Assembly (NCBI RefSeq): GCF_000018465.1 | Contig: NC_010085.1 | Span: forward strand, 1,080,001 to 1,112,000 | Direction: 5' to 3' | Length of the DNA: 32,000 bases | Source of the DNA: Nitrosopumilus maritimus SCM1 | Lineage (GTDB): Archaea; Thermoproteota; Nitrososphaeria; Nitrososphaerales; Nitrosopumilaceae | In this document: one piece after another, positions 1-10,277 of the stretch | Layout of the letters: each line of letters starts with the position of its first letter | How positions within the stretch are numbered: the first letter of the stretch is position 1 | Made by a program: the position numbers and the translations under genes | The notes under the pieces: generated by a model | Seen by the model: only the letters and a program-made list of their open reading frames with translations | Told to the model about the DNA's origin: nothing | Database searches by the model: none

Positions 1-690
1 TTTGCAGGAATGTATTTCTCAAATGCAAATTCAGATCAGATTTCACAAGAAGATTTGGATGATGCAATTGCCAAACTTGAGCTCAAAATGTTGCAAAACA
101 GACTACCTACAAATCAACCATCAGAACCAGTAAAGATTTCAGCAGATGATGATCCAATAATCGGAAATCCAGATGCGCCAATTACAATAATAGAATTTTC
201 TGATTTTCAATGTCCATTCTGTGCACGATTCCACGTCCAAACACTTCCATTACTTCTTGAGGAATACATTGATCAGGGCAAAGTAAAACTAGTTTTTAGA
301 GACTTTCCAATACAAAGCATTCATCCAAATGCACTTCCTGCATCAGTAGCAGCAGAATGTGCAAATGAACAAGGACAATTCAAAGCAATGCATGACATGT
401 TATTTGATAATCAAGGTCAATGGAGTAATCAAGAAACAGTTGATGCATTATCTATGTTTAGCCAATATGCAACTCAGATACAACTAGATCAAGAAACATT
501 TGATTCTTGTCTTACCAGTGGAAAGTATATTGAAGAAATACGAAAAGATCTTGATGATGGTAGAAGTTACGATGTAACAGGAACTCCAGGATTTTTTGTA
601 GGAAATGATGAGATAGGTTACGTCGAACTAAAAGGTGCGCAGCCATTTGAAAGTTTCAAGAAAGTTATTGATGCACAATTAGAGGCATAA
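1..690 (+). CDS. DsbA-like / thioredoxin-fold protein (Thioredoxin_4 type), 5'-truncated at window edge
   Basis: Frame is open from base 1 (TTT GCA GGA ATG...). Protein contains FSDFQCPFCARFH (CxxC active site) and GTPGFFVGN (cis-Pro loop). Confidence 0.9.
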   Translation, partial: FAGMYFSNANSDQISQEDLDDAIAKLELKMLQNRLPTNQPSEPVKISADDDPIIGNPDAPITIIEFSDFQCPFCARFHVQTLPLLLEEYIDQGKVKLVFRDFPIQSIHPNALPASVAAECANEQGQFKAMHDMLFDNQGQWSNQETVDALSMFSQYATQIQLDQETFDSCLTSGKYIEEIRKDLDDGRSYDVTGTPGFFVGNDEIGYVELKGAQPFESFKKVIDAQLEA

Positions 691-740
691 AAAATAACAA
701 GCGTTTATTAGACCTAAACTGTGACTTTACGCATCGGAAT

Positions 741-771
741 AATGACGTCTGGCAATGAGCTTTTCGTCATT
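741..771 (+). promoter_or_regulatory. Inverted repeat AATGACG...CGTCATT in the leader of the DEAD-box helicase gene
   Basis: 7-bp arms at 741-747 and 765-771, 17-nt spacer, 20 nt upstream of ATG 792. Confidence 0.3.
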
Positions 772-791
772 GCTAAAGAGAAGAAAACAAA

Positions 792-2114
792 ATGACAAAA
801 TTTCAAGAATTAGGATTAAAAGAAGACATACTGAAAGGATTAAACGATCTTGGGTTTGAAGAAGCATTTCCAATTCAAGAAGCAGTAATTCCCGTATTAC
901 TTACAGGAAGAGATGTTGTAGGGCAAGCACATACAGGCTCTGGTAAGACTGCAGCATTTTCATTATCAATGCTACAAGAGATTCAACCAAAAAATGGCAT
1001 TCAAGGTTTGATCATGGCACCAACAAGAGAGCTTGCAATGCAGATTACAGATGAAATCAAAAAATTTGGAAAATATACAGGAATCAAAGTAGCTACAGTT
1101 TATGGAGGGCAAGGCATGGGACTCCAATTAGATGCTCTGGAAAGAGGAGTAGAGATTGTAGTAGCAACACCAGGTAGATTGATTGACCATCTCAAAAGAG
1201 GTTCTATAGAGCTTAGAGATGTCACACACATTGTTTTGGATGAAGCCGACACAATGTTGGATATGGGATTTATTGATGATATTGGATTCATTTTAGATTT
1301 AGCACCAGAAGATAGAGTAATGTCATTGTTTTCAGCAACAATGCCAACTGAAATTCTCAGATTATCGGAAGAGTATTTGAACAATCCAAAGCAATTCTTG
1401 CTAGATGCAGACGATCTTAGTGGAGAAGGAATTGACCAATCATATTTGGTCATTAAAGACAGAGACAAATTCAAGTATCTAATTGACTTTATCAAACCAA
1501 CAAAAGGCCAAGCCATTGTATTTTGTTCTACAAAGTATAGAACTAGAGATGTTGCAAAATTCCTACATCAAGAAAAATTTGATGCAGTAGCAATAGAAGG
1601 GGACATGTCACAACATAGAAGAGAGCAATCTATGGGAAAATTCCGTAGTGGAAAGGCAGACATTCTAGTAGCAACAGATGTTGCATCAAGAGGTATTGAT
1701 GTTCCTAGAGTAGAATTAGTAATCAATTATGATGTTCCAAATCAGGAAATGGCATATTTCCATAGAATCGGCAGAACTGCAAGAGCAGGAGCAAAAGGTA
1801 AAGCAGTAACATTTGTTTCATATTCGTCTGTAGGGGATTGGAACCTCATCAAACGTCAAATCAAAGTTCCAATCAAAGATTTGAATGAGGAAATGGGAAT
1901 TGAAATTGCAATTCCAGATCCACTAAAAAGACAAATGCCATCAAGAAGATATGGAGGTCAATCAAGATCAAACTATTCTAGAGGGGGTCGTTCTGGAGGA
2001 TACGGAAGATCAGGAGGAAGACGAGATTCCAGAGATGATAGAGGAGGAGGAAGACGAAGATACAACGATAGAGGAAGTAATAGAAACCACTACGGTGGAC
2101 GCAGTAGATGGTAA
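792..2114 (+). CDS. DEAD/DEAH-box ATP-dependent RNA helicase with C-terminal RGG-rich tail
   Basis: AHTGSGKTAA (Walker A), VLDEADTMLD (DEAD), FSATMP (SAT), HRIGRTARAG; C-terminal SRGGRSGGYGRSGGRR. Confidence 0.97.
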   Translation: MTKFQELGLKEDILKGLNDLGFEEAFPIQEAVIPVLLTGRDVVGQAHTGSGKTAAFSLSMLQEIQPKNGIQGLIMAPTRELAMQITDEIKKFGKYTGIKVATVYGGQGMGLQLDALERGVEIVVATPGRLIDHLKRGSIELRDVTHIVLDEADTMLDMGFIDDIGFILDLAPEDRVMSLFSATMPTEILRLSEEYLNNPKQFLLDADDLSGEGIDQSYLVIKDRDKFKYLIDFIKPTKGQAIVFCSTKYRTRDVAKFLHQEKFDAVAIEGDMSQHRREQSMGKFRSGKADILVATDVASRGIDVPRVELVINYDVPNQEMAYFHRIGRTARAGAKGKAVTFVSYSSVGDWNLIKRQIKVPIKDLNEEMGIEIAIPDPLKRQMPSRRYGGQSRSNYSRGGRSGGYGRSGGRRDSRDDRGGGRRRYNDRGSNRNHYGGRSRW

Positions 2115-2162
2115 CTGTAAAACTTAAAGGCCCGAACTACGTAATTAATTTAAGATAAAGTA

Positions 2163-2396
2163 ATGCACAAAGGATTCATTTTATTAAATTGTGATCTAGG
2201 AGCTGAAGAATACATTGTAGATGAACTCAATCAGATGCAAGATGTAAAAAATGCATATCTAACTTTTGGAGCATATGATGTAATTGCAGAGATAGAAACC
2301 GAAGAACAAGATGGATTTGAAAAAGCAATTGCAGTAATTAGGAAATTATCCAGGGTAGTCAGCACAATGACACTCAATGTAATTCGTCCCGAATAA
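2163..2396 (+). CDS. Stand-alone Lrp/AsnC-type ligand-binding (RAM) domain protein
   Basis: 77 aa, GAYDVIAEIET core typical of RAM domains, no HTH. Confidence 0.75.
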   Translation: MHKGFILLNCDLGAEEYIVDELNQMQDVKNAYLTFGAYDVIAEIETEEQDGFEKAIAVIRKLSRVVSTMTLNVIRPE

Positions 2397-2429
2397 TTGT
2401 TATATGAGAAAAATCTGGATTGAGTAAAA

Positions 2430-2720
2430 TTGCAAAAAATCGATTATGAAGCACCAGTATGGGTACTAAACTACAACAACCCAAAACCACTTTTAGATCA
2501 TGCCATACACATGCTAGAAAGACACGGGGTAAAGCGAGAAGACATGGAAATTACTGAAACGCCAACTGCAAAAATAGGCTCAATTGTGGTAGAAATTTGG
2601 CCTTATGAGTTAGTGATAGGCAGAGTAAGATCAACACGTAATGATTCTTTTATCAGCGGTACAGAATTTACAATTGAATTAAAATTAGACGAAAATGGAA
2701 ATTACATAGATTATCTTTGA
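2430..2720 (+). CDS. Conserved-looking hypothetical protein
   Basis: 96-aa ORF; stop overlaps the next start (TTGA). Confidence 0.65.
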   Translation: MQKIDYEAPVWVLNYNNPKPLLDHAIHMLERHGVKREDMEITETPTAKIGSIVVEIWPYELVIGRVRSTRNDSFISGTEFTIELKLDENGNYIDYL

Positions 2721-3412
2721 AAAAGAAAAAAATTCAAAATATCATTATCGGAATAGTTGCAATTAGTATCATAGGTGCAATTGCAGGCTACAATTATTCA
2801 GCAGATCAAACTAAACAGACAGGATTACAATTTGGAAAAGAATTAGAGCAAATTCAAAACGACGTAACAGAATTGCAATCAAAGTTCTATTCTGAGAAAA
2901 TTAAATGGGAAGAAGGAGATGTTACAAAAGATGAACTGTTAGAATTCTACGGAACACATTTAGAAGAATTTAATGAAATAATTTCAAAGTATGATGAATT
3001 GACTCCACCAAAAGGATTTGGTTTTGAGAGTTCAATAGATTTGTTAAAGCTATCATCAGAAACTCAATTAGCCAGTGATTCTCAATTTATAGAATGGATG
3101 AAAACTGGAGATGAATCTGCAAAAGTAAGATCAGATACATTGATTCAAGAATCTTTTAATTATGAATTACAAGGGTTGGTGGAATATTTTTCAGCTAAAA
3201 CAGGAATTAAAACATATGATGAAGAATTGAAATTTGAAGCCCCACAAAGTGGCTTAACACAAAAGGTAATTCAAGTTGCTGAAAATATGGCAAACAAATG
3301 TGATGAGAAATTTAAAAATGAATCAGAAGAATTTGATTCTGATGAAATAGAAGTAGAGTGGTTTAATTGTATAAATGAGGCTAAAAAATGGAAAATAGAG
3401 CATCTTCCATAA
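2717..3412 (+). CDS. Hypothetical protein with N-terminal membrane anchor
   Basis: 231 aa, TTG start overlapping the preceding stop; N-terminal hydrophobic helix IIIGIVAISIIGAIAGYNY followed by a charged helical region. Confidence 0.65.
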   Translation: MKKKKIQNIIIGIVAISIIGAIAGYNYSADQTKQTGLQFGKELEQIQNDVTELQSKFYSEKIKWEEGDVTKDELLEFYGTHLEEFNEIISKYDELTPPKGFGFESSIDLLKLSSETQLASDSQFIEWMKTGDESAKVRSDTLIQESFNYELQGLVEYFSAKTGIKTYDEELKFEAPQSGLTQKVIQVAENMANKCDEKFKNESEEFDSDEIEVEWFNCINEAKKWKIEHLP

Positions 3413-3464
3413 GAGATAACCAGATCCACATAAACTACTTTAAAGAACAAGACAAAGAATAACT

Positions 3465-4223
3465 GTGGAAAAAATCTTAATTGTTGGAATTATTTTTGCA
3501 AGTATAATGCCATTTGCATTTGCAGATGTGTATATACAAAATGATCAACAATACATCGGGGATGATGGTTCAATCCACATTGTAGGTGAGATTGTAAATA
3601 ATCTAGACATACCACTAAATCAAATTCATGTACAAATTGATTTGTTTGATGAAAATCAGCAATTAATTCAAACAAAAGAGACAAACTCATTGGTCAATAC
3701 AATAATGCCTGGGATGAAAGGGCCTTTTGATCTTATTTTAACAAATGGAGAAGCAAAGAATGTTAATTCATACTCTATGGAACTGAATTATCAAGCTAGT
3801 CCACCAAAAAGTCAAGTTATTGACATTACTGAATCATCACTTAGTAGAGATAATCACAATAATTTGATGATTACAGGAACTGTAGCAAATAATGGAGAGA
3901 TTACGGCAAATATGGTATCAGTAATTGCAACACTTTATGACAAACAAGGAAATGTTGCAGCAGTGTCAAGAGTTAATCCTGAACCTGATTACCTACGAGC
4001 AGAAGATAGTGCATTCTTTGTATTGTCAGTACCAGACAAAATCCAAACTGAGGAAATTAATGATTATACATTAATTGCAGAATCGGAAGAGTATGCAGCA
4101 GTACCAGAGTTTCCTATAAGTACAATTATCTTACTTATACTCACGTTATCTGCATATATTGGAGTTACACGATATTCTGGAAAAATTATAACAAATCTCT
4201 TTTCTGCAACAAATCTAAAATAG
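3465..4223 (+). CDS. Exported, C-terminally anchored beta-sandwich (FxLYD/CARDB-like) protein
   Basis: Signal peptide MEKILIVGIIFASIMPFAFA; two similar segments (GDDGSIHIVGEIVNNLD.., NNLMITGTVANNGE..); C-terminal VPEFPISTIILLILTLSAYIGV helix then basic residues. Confidence 0.7.
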   Translation: MEKILIVGIIFASIMPFAFADVYIQNDQQYIGDDGSIHIVGEIVNNLDIPLNQIHVQIDLFDENQQLIQTKETNSLVNTIMPGMKGPFDLILTNGEAKNVNSYSMELNYQASPPKSQVIDITESSLSRDNHNNLMITGTVANNGEITANMVSVIATLYDKQGNVAAVSRVNPEPDYLRAEDSAFFVLSVPDKIQTEEINDYTLIAESEEYAAVPEFPISTIILLILTLSAYIGVTRYSGKIITNLFSATNLK

Positions 4224-4641
4224 AAAAAAGTTCTTTTGCCAATTCTTCTTTTTTGAGAGGGGTGGGTTGTGAAAATAAAACAGGAAAAGTTATGGTAAGC
4301 ATGTCTTGATCAGTATGAGAAATTCGTACTGAATGAAATTTACAGTTTATTTCAGATAATACATCATTCCATTTATCCAAATGAACATTTACCCTAGTAA
4401 CATTTTCATGAACATCTGTAATACTGGTATCCAAATCCTTGTCAAACAATCCAAATTTAACCAAGGGTACCATTACCATCCCTCCTAAGATTTTATCATG
4501 ATTTTTTAGCATAGATGAAATGATTTGTTCAGAGTTTTCTTTAGGGAAAATATCACCATAATCAGGATCAAAGTACCCTACAATCATTTTTTTAGAATCA
4601 TAAATGCGAAAATATTCTTCATCTAACTCTAACTTCCACAA
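4186..4641 (-). CDS. Hypothetical protein
   Basis: 151-aa ORF, convergent with and overlapping the 3' end of 3465..4223. Confidence 0.5.
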   Translation of the reverse strand: MWKLELDEEYFRIYDSKKMIVGYFDPDYGDIFPKENSEQIISSMLKNHDKILGGMVMVPLVKFGLFDKDLDTSITDVHENVTRVNVHLDKWNDVLSEINCKFHSVRISHTDQDMLTITFPVLFSQPTPLKKEELAKELFSILDLLQKRDLL

Positions 4642-4731
4642 TCAGGTTCATCATAAATGAAATGATTTTTTTTATATACCATTCCTTGATGTGGAGAAAA
4701 CAATTTAGAATAACCCCAAACAGAGAGGAAT

Positions 4732-5529
4732 ATGGAAGATAGGGATGTAGTTGACGATGTAAATGCTCTGCTAAATCTAGGGGTAGGAGATGCATATAGG
4801 TTAGAACACATCAAACAAGCCTACATTCAGAATAAATCGATTTGGAATGCTGATAAAAATTATTTACAAAAAATGGTAGACAAGTATCTCATAAAACATT
4901 CAAACCTTGAATCAGATTCTGCAGAAATAGAAGATGAATCTGAAAATGAGGAACAAATTCATTGTTGGAAATGTGGAAAAAAGACCACATTAGGGGCAAA
5001 TTTTTGCATGGTATGTGGAGCATCGTTATTTGATGTTGCATCAAAACCTAAAGTAGAACAAGAGCCAACTTCACCTAATAAGAAAAATAACAATAGAACA
5101 ATTAATCTAAAAATTCCCATTATGATTGGGATTCCTGTAATAATTTTAGCAATTATTGGTGGAGCATACAGTCAAGGTTATTTTGATAATACATTTGAAA
5201 GAACAGAATTAAAAGATGAACAGGTTAATGTCAAACCTACCATAGTTGAAGCTACAGAAAAAACATCAAGTGAAACAGATTCACCATGTGGACCAGGAAC
5301 TGTTTTGGATTCTAAAACTAATTCATGTGTTTTAGAGAGTGAAGCTACAGAAAAAACATCAAGTGAAACAGATTCACCATGTGGACCAGGAACTGTTTTG
5401 GATTCTAAAACTAATTCATGTGTTTTAGAGAGTGAAGCTACAGAAAAAACATCAAGTGAAACAGATTCACCATGTGGACCAGGAACTGTTTTGGATTCTA
5501 AAACTAATTCATGTGTTTTAGACAAATAA
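4732..5529 (+). CDS. Membrane protein with zinc ribbon, one TM helix and tandem CGPGTVLDSKTNSCV repeats
   Basis: CWKCGKKTTLGANFCMVCG zinc ribbon, IPIMIGIPVIILAIIGGAYS helix, then 3 copies of EATEKTSSETDSPCGPGTVLDSKTNSCVLES. Confidence 0.8.
   Translation: MEDRDVVDDVNALLNLGVGDAYRLEHIKQAYIQNKSIWNADKNYLQKMVDKYLIKHSNLESDSAEIEDESENEEQIHCWKCGKKTTLGANFCMVCGASLFDVASKPKVEQEPTSPNKKNNNRTINLKIPIMIGIPVIILAIIGGAYSQGYFDNTFERTELKDEQVNVKPTIVEATEKTSSETDSPCGPGTVLDSKTNSCVLESEATEKTSSETDSPCGPGTVLDSKTNSCVLESEATEKTSSETDSPCGPGTVLDSKTNSCVLDK
5248..5526 (+). repeat. 93-bp in-frame tandem repeat, 3 copies
   Basis: Copies begin at 5248, 5341 and 5434; copies 1 and 2 are identical, copy 3 identical until the final codons. 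Confidence 0.95.
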
Positions 5530-5566
5530 AAGACAATTAAATAAACTAGGAGAGAGAAGAAAAGTC

Positions 5567-5911
5567 ATGGCAATTTCTAAAGAAAATAAAGAATTCATTG
5601 ATAGTTTAATTGATTACTACATTAACGAATCAGAAGCATATACACAGATTGCAGAAAATTTTGTTCCAGAGATTGAATCGGTTCCAGATACAACGTTTGG
5701 AATCATTACAGGATGTGTGTATTCAGGATTTTTACAGGCATATCAAAATCAACAACAAACTCCAAGCCTAGAAGATATGAAAGAATTCAACGAAATAATA
5801 AAAAAACGAGCAGCTCTGATAAAAAAGGCAATAATTGAGCCCACAGTAATAGAGAAAACAGAAGACATACAAGAAGAATCAAAAAATGAAATCAAAGATG
5901 ACGAGAAATAA
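5567..5911 (+). CDS. Hypothetical protein
   Basis: 114-aa ORF downstream of and co-oriented with 4732..5529. Confidence 0.6.
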   Translation: MAISKENKEFIDSLIDYYINESEAYTQIAENFVPEIESVPDTTFGIITGCVYSGFLQAYQNQQQTPSLEDMKEFNEIIKKRAALIKKAIIEPTVIEKTEDIQEESKNEIKDDEK

Positions 5912-5971
5912 ATTTTTCAAGTATTTAGAAAAAATCAATACAGTTTAATTTCGATACAAAATTGTAAGAAT

Positions 5972-6064
5972 ATGAAAGTAGATGGCAGTAAGATAATTTT
6001 TTGGGGAGGTACTGCTGCTGCAGTAGTCACAGCAATAGTTGCACTATATTTTTCAATTCGTTAA
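5972..6064 (+). CDS. Possible 30-aa single-pass membrane microprotein
   Basis: Not in the ORF track: MKVDGSKIIFWGGTAAAVVTAIVALYFSIR*; hydrophobic helix with charged ends. Confidence 0.4.
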   Translation: MKVDGSKIIFWGGTAAAVVTAIVALYFSIR

Positions 6065-6095
6065 AGATAAATCATGAAGAAATTCTAAGATAGTA

Positions 6096-6416
6096 TTGTC
6101 AGCAACTAATGAATTTAAAATTACACAAATTGTGGATAATGGTCAGGTCGTGCAGTTGACACTAATTGAGAATGTTTCAACAGAACCAATCTCACAAAAA
6201 CAAATGATTATTGAGAATGTTTCAAAAAAACTCGATCAAGAAACAAAAGAACAAGTGATGCCATTGTTAGAAGCAATAATGTCAGCTCAGCCTACTGTAA
6301 ACATCAAATCATATCAACAAACTCAAATCACAATTGCAATGCCAAAGGCAAGATATGATGGGATGGGTAGACCACAAGTAGGAAACACAATAGAAGTAAA
6401 CTTGAAAAAAATCTAA
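6096..6416 (+). CDS. Hypothetical protein
   Basis: 106-aa ORF, convergent with the YyaL-like gene. Confidence 0.6.
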   Translation: MSATNEFKITQIVDNGQVVQLTLIENVSTEPISQKQMIIENVSKKLDQETKEQVMPLLEAIMSAQPTVNIKSYQQTQITIAMPKARYDGMGRPQVGNTIEVNLKKI

Positions 6417-8440
6417 AGATGTGAGTTTATTTCATCAATAGTATGCAAAGGTAATGAACAAGTAAAGTTTTTACAAACAAATGCAGATGTTTTTTCTTCA
6501 AAAGATTTTCCAGCAAAGAAAGGATATTCAGATAGAGCCGACAACTGAGTAGAATTTTGAATAGTGACAACAATTGAGTTTGGTAAATATTCCAAAAGAA
6601 TTGAGTCACAAAGTTGAGAATTTTCAGTGTTTATGATTGTGATTTCAACAGGTTTTTCCAAATAAATTGAAATTGTGTTTAGCAGATATCCAAATCCAAA
6701 TGGATTTTCAGCAGCCATTTGTGCCTGAGATTCCATGATTTTTGTAGCAATATCTAAGAATTGTTGTTCTTGAGAGAAATGGAATAGTCTGAGCATGACA
6801 AATGCAGAAACAGAGTTTCCAGAAGGCAAAGACAAATCATAATTGCTTTTGGGTCGTATAATCAGTTTTTCATGATTGTCTGAAGTCATAAAGAAACTAT
6901 TGTTTTCTGAATCCCAGAAATGTTCCACCAAGTGATGGCCTAGTTTTAGTGCAAGTTTTAGATATTTTGGATCAGGTTCAATTTCAAATACATCTAACAA
7001 GCAATTTACAAAATAAGAATAGTCTTCTAGATAGCCATCAATTTTTGCAGTTTTGTTTTTATAAGTTCGTAGTAACTTGTCTCCTGAAAACAAATTATTT
7101 TCAATAAAGGAGATACAATCTTTTGCAGCATCAAGATATCTAGATTCATTTGTTACACGATAACCCTTAGCAAAGGCAGTAATCATTAAAGAATTCCACG
7201 AAACTAGAATTTTATCATCCAGTCCAGGGGCAACTCTCTTGGAACGAACATCAAGTAACTTTTTAGAACAGGCCTGAAGAATTTCTCTAACCTTTTCTTC
7301 AGTAGTTCCAAAATTAAAGGCAACTGTAGAGATATTCAAGTTATTACACAAAATGTTGTTTCCTTCCCAGTTTCCACCATCAGTGGCATCATAAAATAAG
7401 CAAAAGATGTCAGCATCATCACCAAGAATTTCTTTAATCTCGCTTTTCTTCCAGACATAGAATTTTCCCTCTACACCTTCAGAGTCTGCATCATATGCAG
7501 AATAGAAACCACCTTCAGGAGAAGTCATTTCACGCAAAACAAAATCAAGGGTTTTTTTCAAGACATCTAGATAGAAAGGATCCTTTGTTATCTGAAATGC
7601 CTCAGCATAATTTACAGGAATTAGTGCGTTATCATAGAGCATTTTTTCAAAGTGAGGTACAAGCCATTTTGCATCTGTAGAATATCGATGAAATCCACCA
7701 CCAATTTGATCAAATATTCCACCATTTGCCATTTTTTTGAGAGTTTTGAGCCCAAATTCTGTGAATTTTGACAACCCAGATATCTTTGCATAACGAAACA
7801 AAAAGGAAACATTAGCAGCGTTTGGAAATTTTGGAGCAGAACCAAATCCACCATAAGCAGAATCACCCAGTTGGAAAAGATTCATTGCTGCCTCATCAAG
7901 AATGGTTCTTTCTAATTTTGAAGAAATAGAAACTTTTTCAGTTTTATTTAGTGCATCAAGAAAATTATCTGCAGATTTTTCAATGTCTTTAGGTTTTTCT
8001 TTCCAAGCTTGAGATAGTTGTCTGCATATACTCCCAAATCCCGGACGACCGTAAGAATCCAGAATTGGAAAATAAGTTCCAACATAGAATGGTTTTTGAT
8101 CAGGAGTTAAGAAAATACTCAAAGGCCATCCTCCTTGACCAGTAGCTATCTGACAAGCTTTTTGATAAATGTCATCAATGTCAGGGCGTTCTTCTCTATC
8201 TACTTTGATATTTACAAAATTTTCATTCATGAATTTTGCAACTTCTTCATTTTCAAATGATTCATGTGCCATAACATGGCACCAATGACAAGAACTGTAA
8301 CCAATACTAAGAAAGATCGGTTTGTTTTCATCTTTTGCTTTTTTTAATGCTTCATCATTCCAACCATACCAGTCAACTGGATTATGAGCATGTTGAAGAA
8401 GATAAGGACTTGTTTCATGAATAAGATTATTTTCTGTCAC
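6413..8440 (-). CDS. YyaL/DUF255 family thioredoxin-domain protein (SSP411/spermatogenesis-associated protein 20-like)
   Basis: [62 protein letters not shown] are diagnostic. Confidence 0.95.
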   Translation of the reverse strand: MTENNLIHETSPYLLQHAHNPVDWYGWNDEALKKAKDENKPIFLSIGYSSCHWCHVMAHESFENEEVAKFMNENFVNIKVDREERPDIDDIYQKACQIATGQGGWPLSIFLTPDQKPFYVGTYFPILDSYGRPGFGSICRQLSQAWKEKPKDIEKSADNFLDALNKTEKVSISSKLERTILDEAAMNLFQLGDSAYGGFGSAPKFPNAANVSFLFRYAKISGLSKFTEFGLKTLKKMANGGIFDQIGGGFHRYSTDAKWLVPHFEKMLYDNALIPVNYAEAFQITKDPFYLDVLKKTLDFVLREMTSPEGGFYSAYDADSEGVEGKFYVWKKSEIKEILGDDADIFCLFYDATDGGNWEGNNILCNNLNISTVAFNFGTTEEKVREILQACSKKLLDVRSKRVAPGLDDKILVSWNSLMITAFAKGYRVTNESRYLDAAKDCISFIENNLFSGDKLLRTYKNKTAKIDGYLEDYSYFVNCLLDVFEIEPDPKYLKLALKLGHHLVEHFWDSENNSFFMTSDNHEKLIIRPKSNYDLSLPSGNSVSAFVMLRLFHFSQEQQFLDIATKIMESQAQMAAENPFGFGYLLNTISIYLEKPVEITIINTENSQLCDSILLEYLPNSIVVTIQNSTQLSALSEYPFFAGKSFEEKTSAFVCKNFTCSLPLHTIDEINSHL

Positions 8441-8478
8441 AATTTTTCAGATTTGTTTTGATATTTGTACTTAATTGG

Positions 8479-8712
8479 TTAACCCCAAATTCCTCTGCCT
8501 TCAGTTATCTCATAGATTCGGACATTGATTTTTCCAAGTAATTTTACTTTTGATTTATGAGCCTTTTTGTCATGACTGTAATCTTTCTTTTCGACTAATT
8601 CTTGCAATCTTTTTAGTTGTTCCAAAGTGAGGTTTTTGAATTCATGTTTTGAGCTGGATACAAGGCGCAACAACTCTACACGTTCTCGGTCTTCATCAGT
8701 GATTTCAGGCAC
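8479..8712 (-). CDS. Small hypothetical protein
   Basis: 77-aa charged ORF just upstream of and co-oriented with 6413..8440. Confidence 0.55.
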   Translation of the reverse strand: MPEITDEDRERVELLRLVSSSKHEFKNLTLEQLKRLQELVEKKDYSHDKKAHKSKVKLLGKINVRIYEITEGRGIWG

Positions 8713-8791
8713 AAAATTAGATTATTTGTGTCCTTTATTTTTCTAGTGGGTTGGAGCGAATCTTAAAATTATTTGAAAAAAATCCTATTGT

Positions 8792-9826
8792 ATGGACAAG
8801 ATGCGTGCAATGGTGCTGTCTGAATGTGCAGCAATTGAGACAAATCCACTAAAGTTAACAGAAATTGATAGACATAAAATTGAAAGATCAAATGAAATTT
8901 TACTAAAAATTGAGGCATGTGGAGTTTGCCATTCACAATTACATGGAATAGAAGGTGATTGGAAAGATCTTGGAATTCCACCACAATTACCAACAGTTCC
9001 AGGACATGAAGTTGTAGGAAAAGTAGTTGAGATTGGAAGTGGAGTTACAAAGTTCAAAGTAGGAGACAGAGCTGGAATTACACCATTACTAGAAGCATGT
9101 AAAGAATGTCAATATTGTAAAGAAGGAAAAGAGTACTTGTGTGAATCTTCAATTATTCTAGGTGAAACTCTCAAAGGAGGATATTCAGAATACGTAACAG
9201 TTACTGAAGACTTTGCAACCAAAGTACCAGACTCTATGAAACCAGAGTATGCAGCACCATTATTTTGTGCAGGAATTACAGCTTACAAAGCAGTAAAAGC
9301 TGCAGAACCACAAACTCACAAAAAAATTGGAATTTTTGGAATTGGTGGAGTAGGACACATGGCTGTACAGTTTGCAAAAGTACAAGACTGTGAGGTTATT
9401 GCATTTTCAAGGTCTCAAAGTCACCTAGATGTTGCAAAGAAACTAGGGGCAATTGACGCCATACAGTTTTCTGAAAATCAAGAAGAATTTTTAGAAAAAT
9501 TAAAAGAAAAACATGGACTGCTTGATGCTGCAATTGTTTTTGCACCTGCAGACATTATAACAGATACTGCAATCAGGGCCATAAAGAAGGGAGGAATGGT
9601 AGTAATTGCGACAATTGGTGAGAATCCATCTTTTGTAGCATTTGAAGAAAAGACAATCAGAGGAACTTTGATTGGTTCAACTAAAGACATGGAAGAAGTA
9701 ATCAAGACATGTAATGAAAAAAATATCGAGGTAGTATCTGAAGTATTTCCACTAGAGGATGCAAACAAAGTTCTCAAAAAATTAAAAGATTCAGAGATTG
9801 AAGCTAGAGCAGTTTTAATTCCTTAA
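8792..9826 (+). CDS. Zinc-dependent alcohol dehydrogenase (MDR superfamily)
   Basis: CGVCHSQLHGIEGDW, PTVPGHEVVGKVVEIG, CKECQYCKEGKEYLC (structural zinc), GIGGVGHMAVQFAK (Rossmann). Confidence 0.95.
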   Translation: MDKMRAMVLSECAAIETNPLKLTEIDRHKIERSNEILLKIEACGVCHSQLHGIEGDWKDLGIPPQLPTVPGHEVVGKVVEIGSGVTKFKVGDRAGITPLLEACKECQYCKEGKEYLCESSIILGETLKGGYSEYVTVTEDFATKVPDSMKPEYAAPLFCAGITAYKAVKAAEPQTHKKIGIFGIGGVGHMAVQFAKVQDCEVIAFSRSQSHLDVAKKLGAIDAIQFSENQEEFLEKLKEKHGLLDAAIVFAPADIITDTAIRAIKKGGMVVIATIGENPSFVAFEEKTIRGTLIGSTKDMEEVIKTCNEKNIEVVSEVFPLEDANKVLKKLKDSEIEARAVLIP

Positions 9827-9858
9827 CTAGTTAAATATCGAAATGGAGAGTCAAAGAT

Positions 9859-10011
9859 ATGAATTGTAAGAGATGCCATCATACGGATGAAGCACATGTC
9901 CCAAATGAACAAAGCAATTCATTAATGAAAATGGGCAAATGCCAAATTCCAACATGCATGTGTCAACAATATTTAGACCCAATTCAAGAAATTGACGAAG
10001 AATTGTTGTAA
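9859..10011 (+). CDS. Small Cys-rich (zinc-finger-like) protein
   Basis: Not in the ORF track: MNCKRCHHTDEAHVPNEQSNSLMKMGKCQIPTCMCQQYLDPIQEIDEELL*; paired Cys/His residues. Confidence 0.6.
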   Translation: MNCKRCHHTDEAHVPNEQSNSLMKMGKCQIPTCMCQQYLDPIQEIDEELL

Positions 10012-10043
10012 CGATTCATATATCAAAATCATTTCAAATATCC

Positions 10044-10277
10044 ATGGACAAACACAAACCATCTGAAGAGATGATAAAGGATTTAGACAATTTATTGTCA
10101 AAAATTAATGCTATGGAAATTGTTGCATCAGATGACTTTCAAAAAAATTCAATCAAAATTATGAGATCTCTAGTGGAAGGACAAATCCATTCAATAAACG
10201 AATTTGGACATTTGAAAAAAGCAATTGATTTACTAACATTACAACTCTTTGATGTTCAAAACAAAGTCAAGAGTTAA
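10044..10277 (+). CDS. Small hypothetical helical protein
   Basis: 77-aa ORF. Confidence 0.55.
   Translation: MDKHKPSEEMIKDLDNLLSKINAMEIVASDDFQKNSIKIMRSLVEGQIHSINEFGHLKKAIDLLTLQLFDVQNKVKS

Noticed and set aside
5178-5525. 115-aa minus-strand ORF with repeats SKTHELVLESKTVPGPHGESVSLDVFSVA
   Set aside because: Antisense shadow of the 93-bp repeat; no independent coding evidence.
5248-5526. Tandem repeat considered as a CRISPR array
   Set aside because: 93-bp units with no spacers, in frame with a coding sequence.
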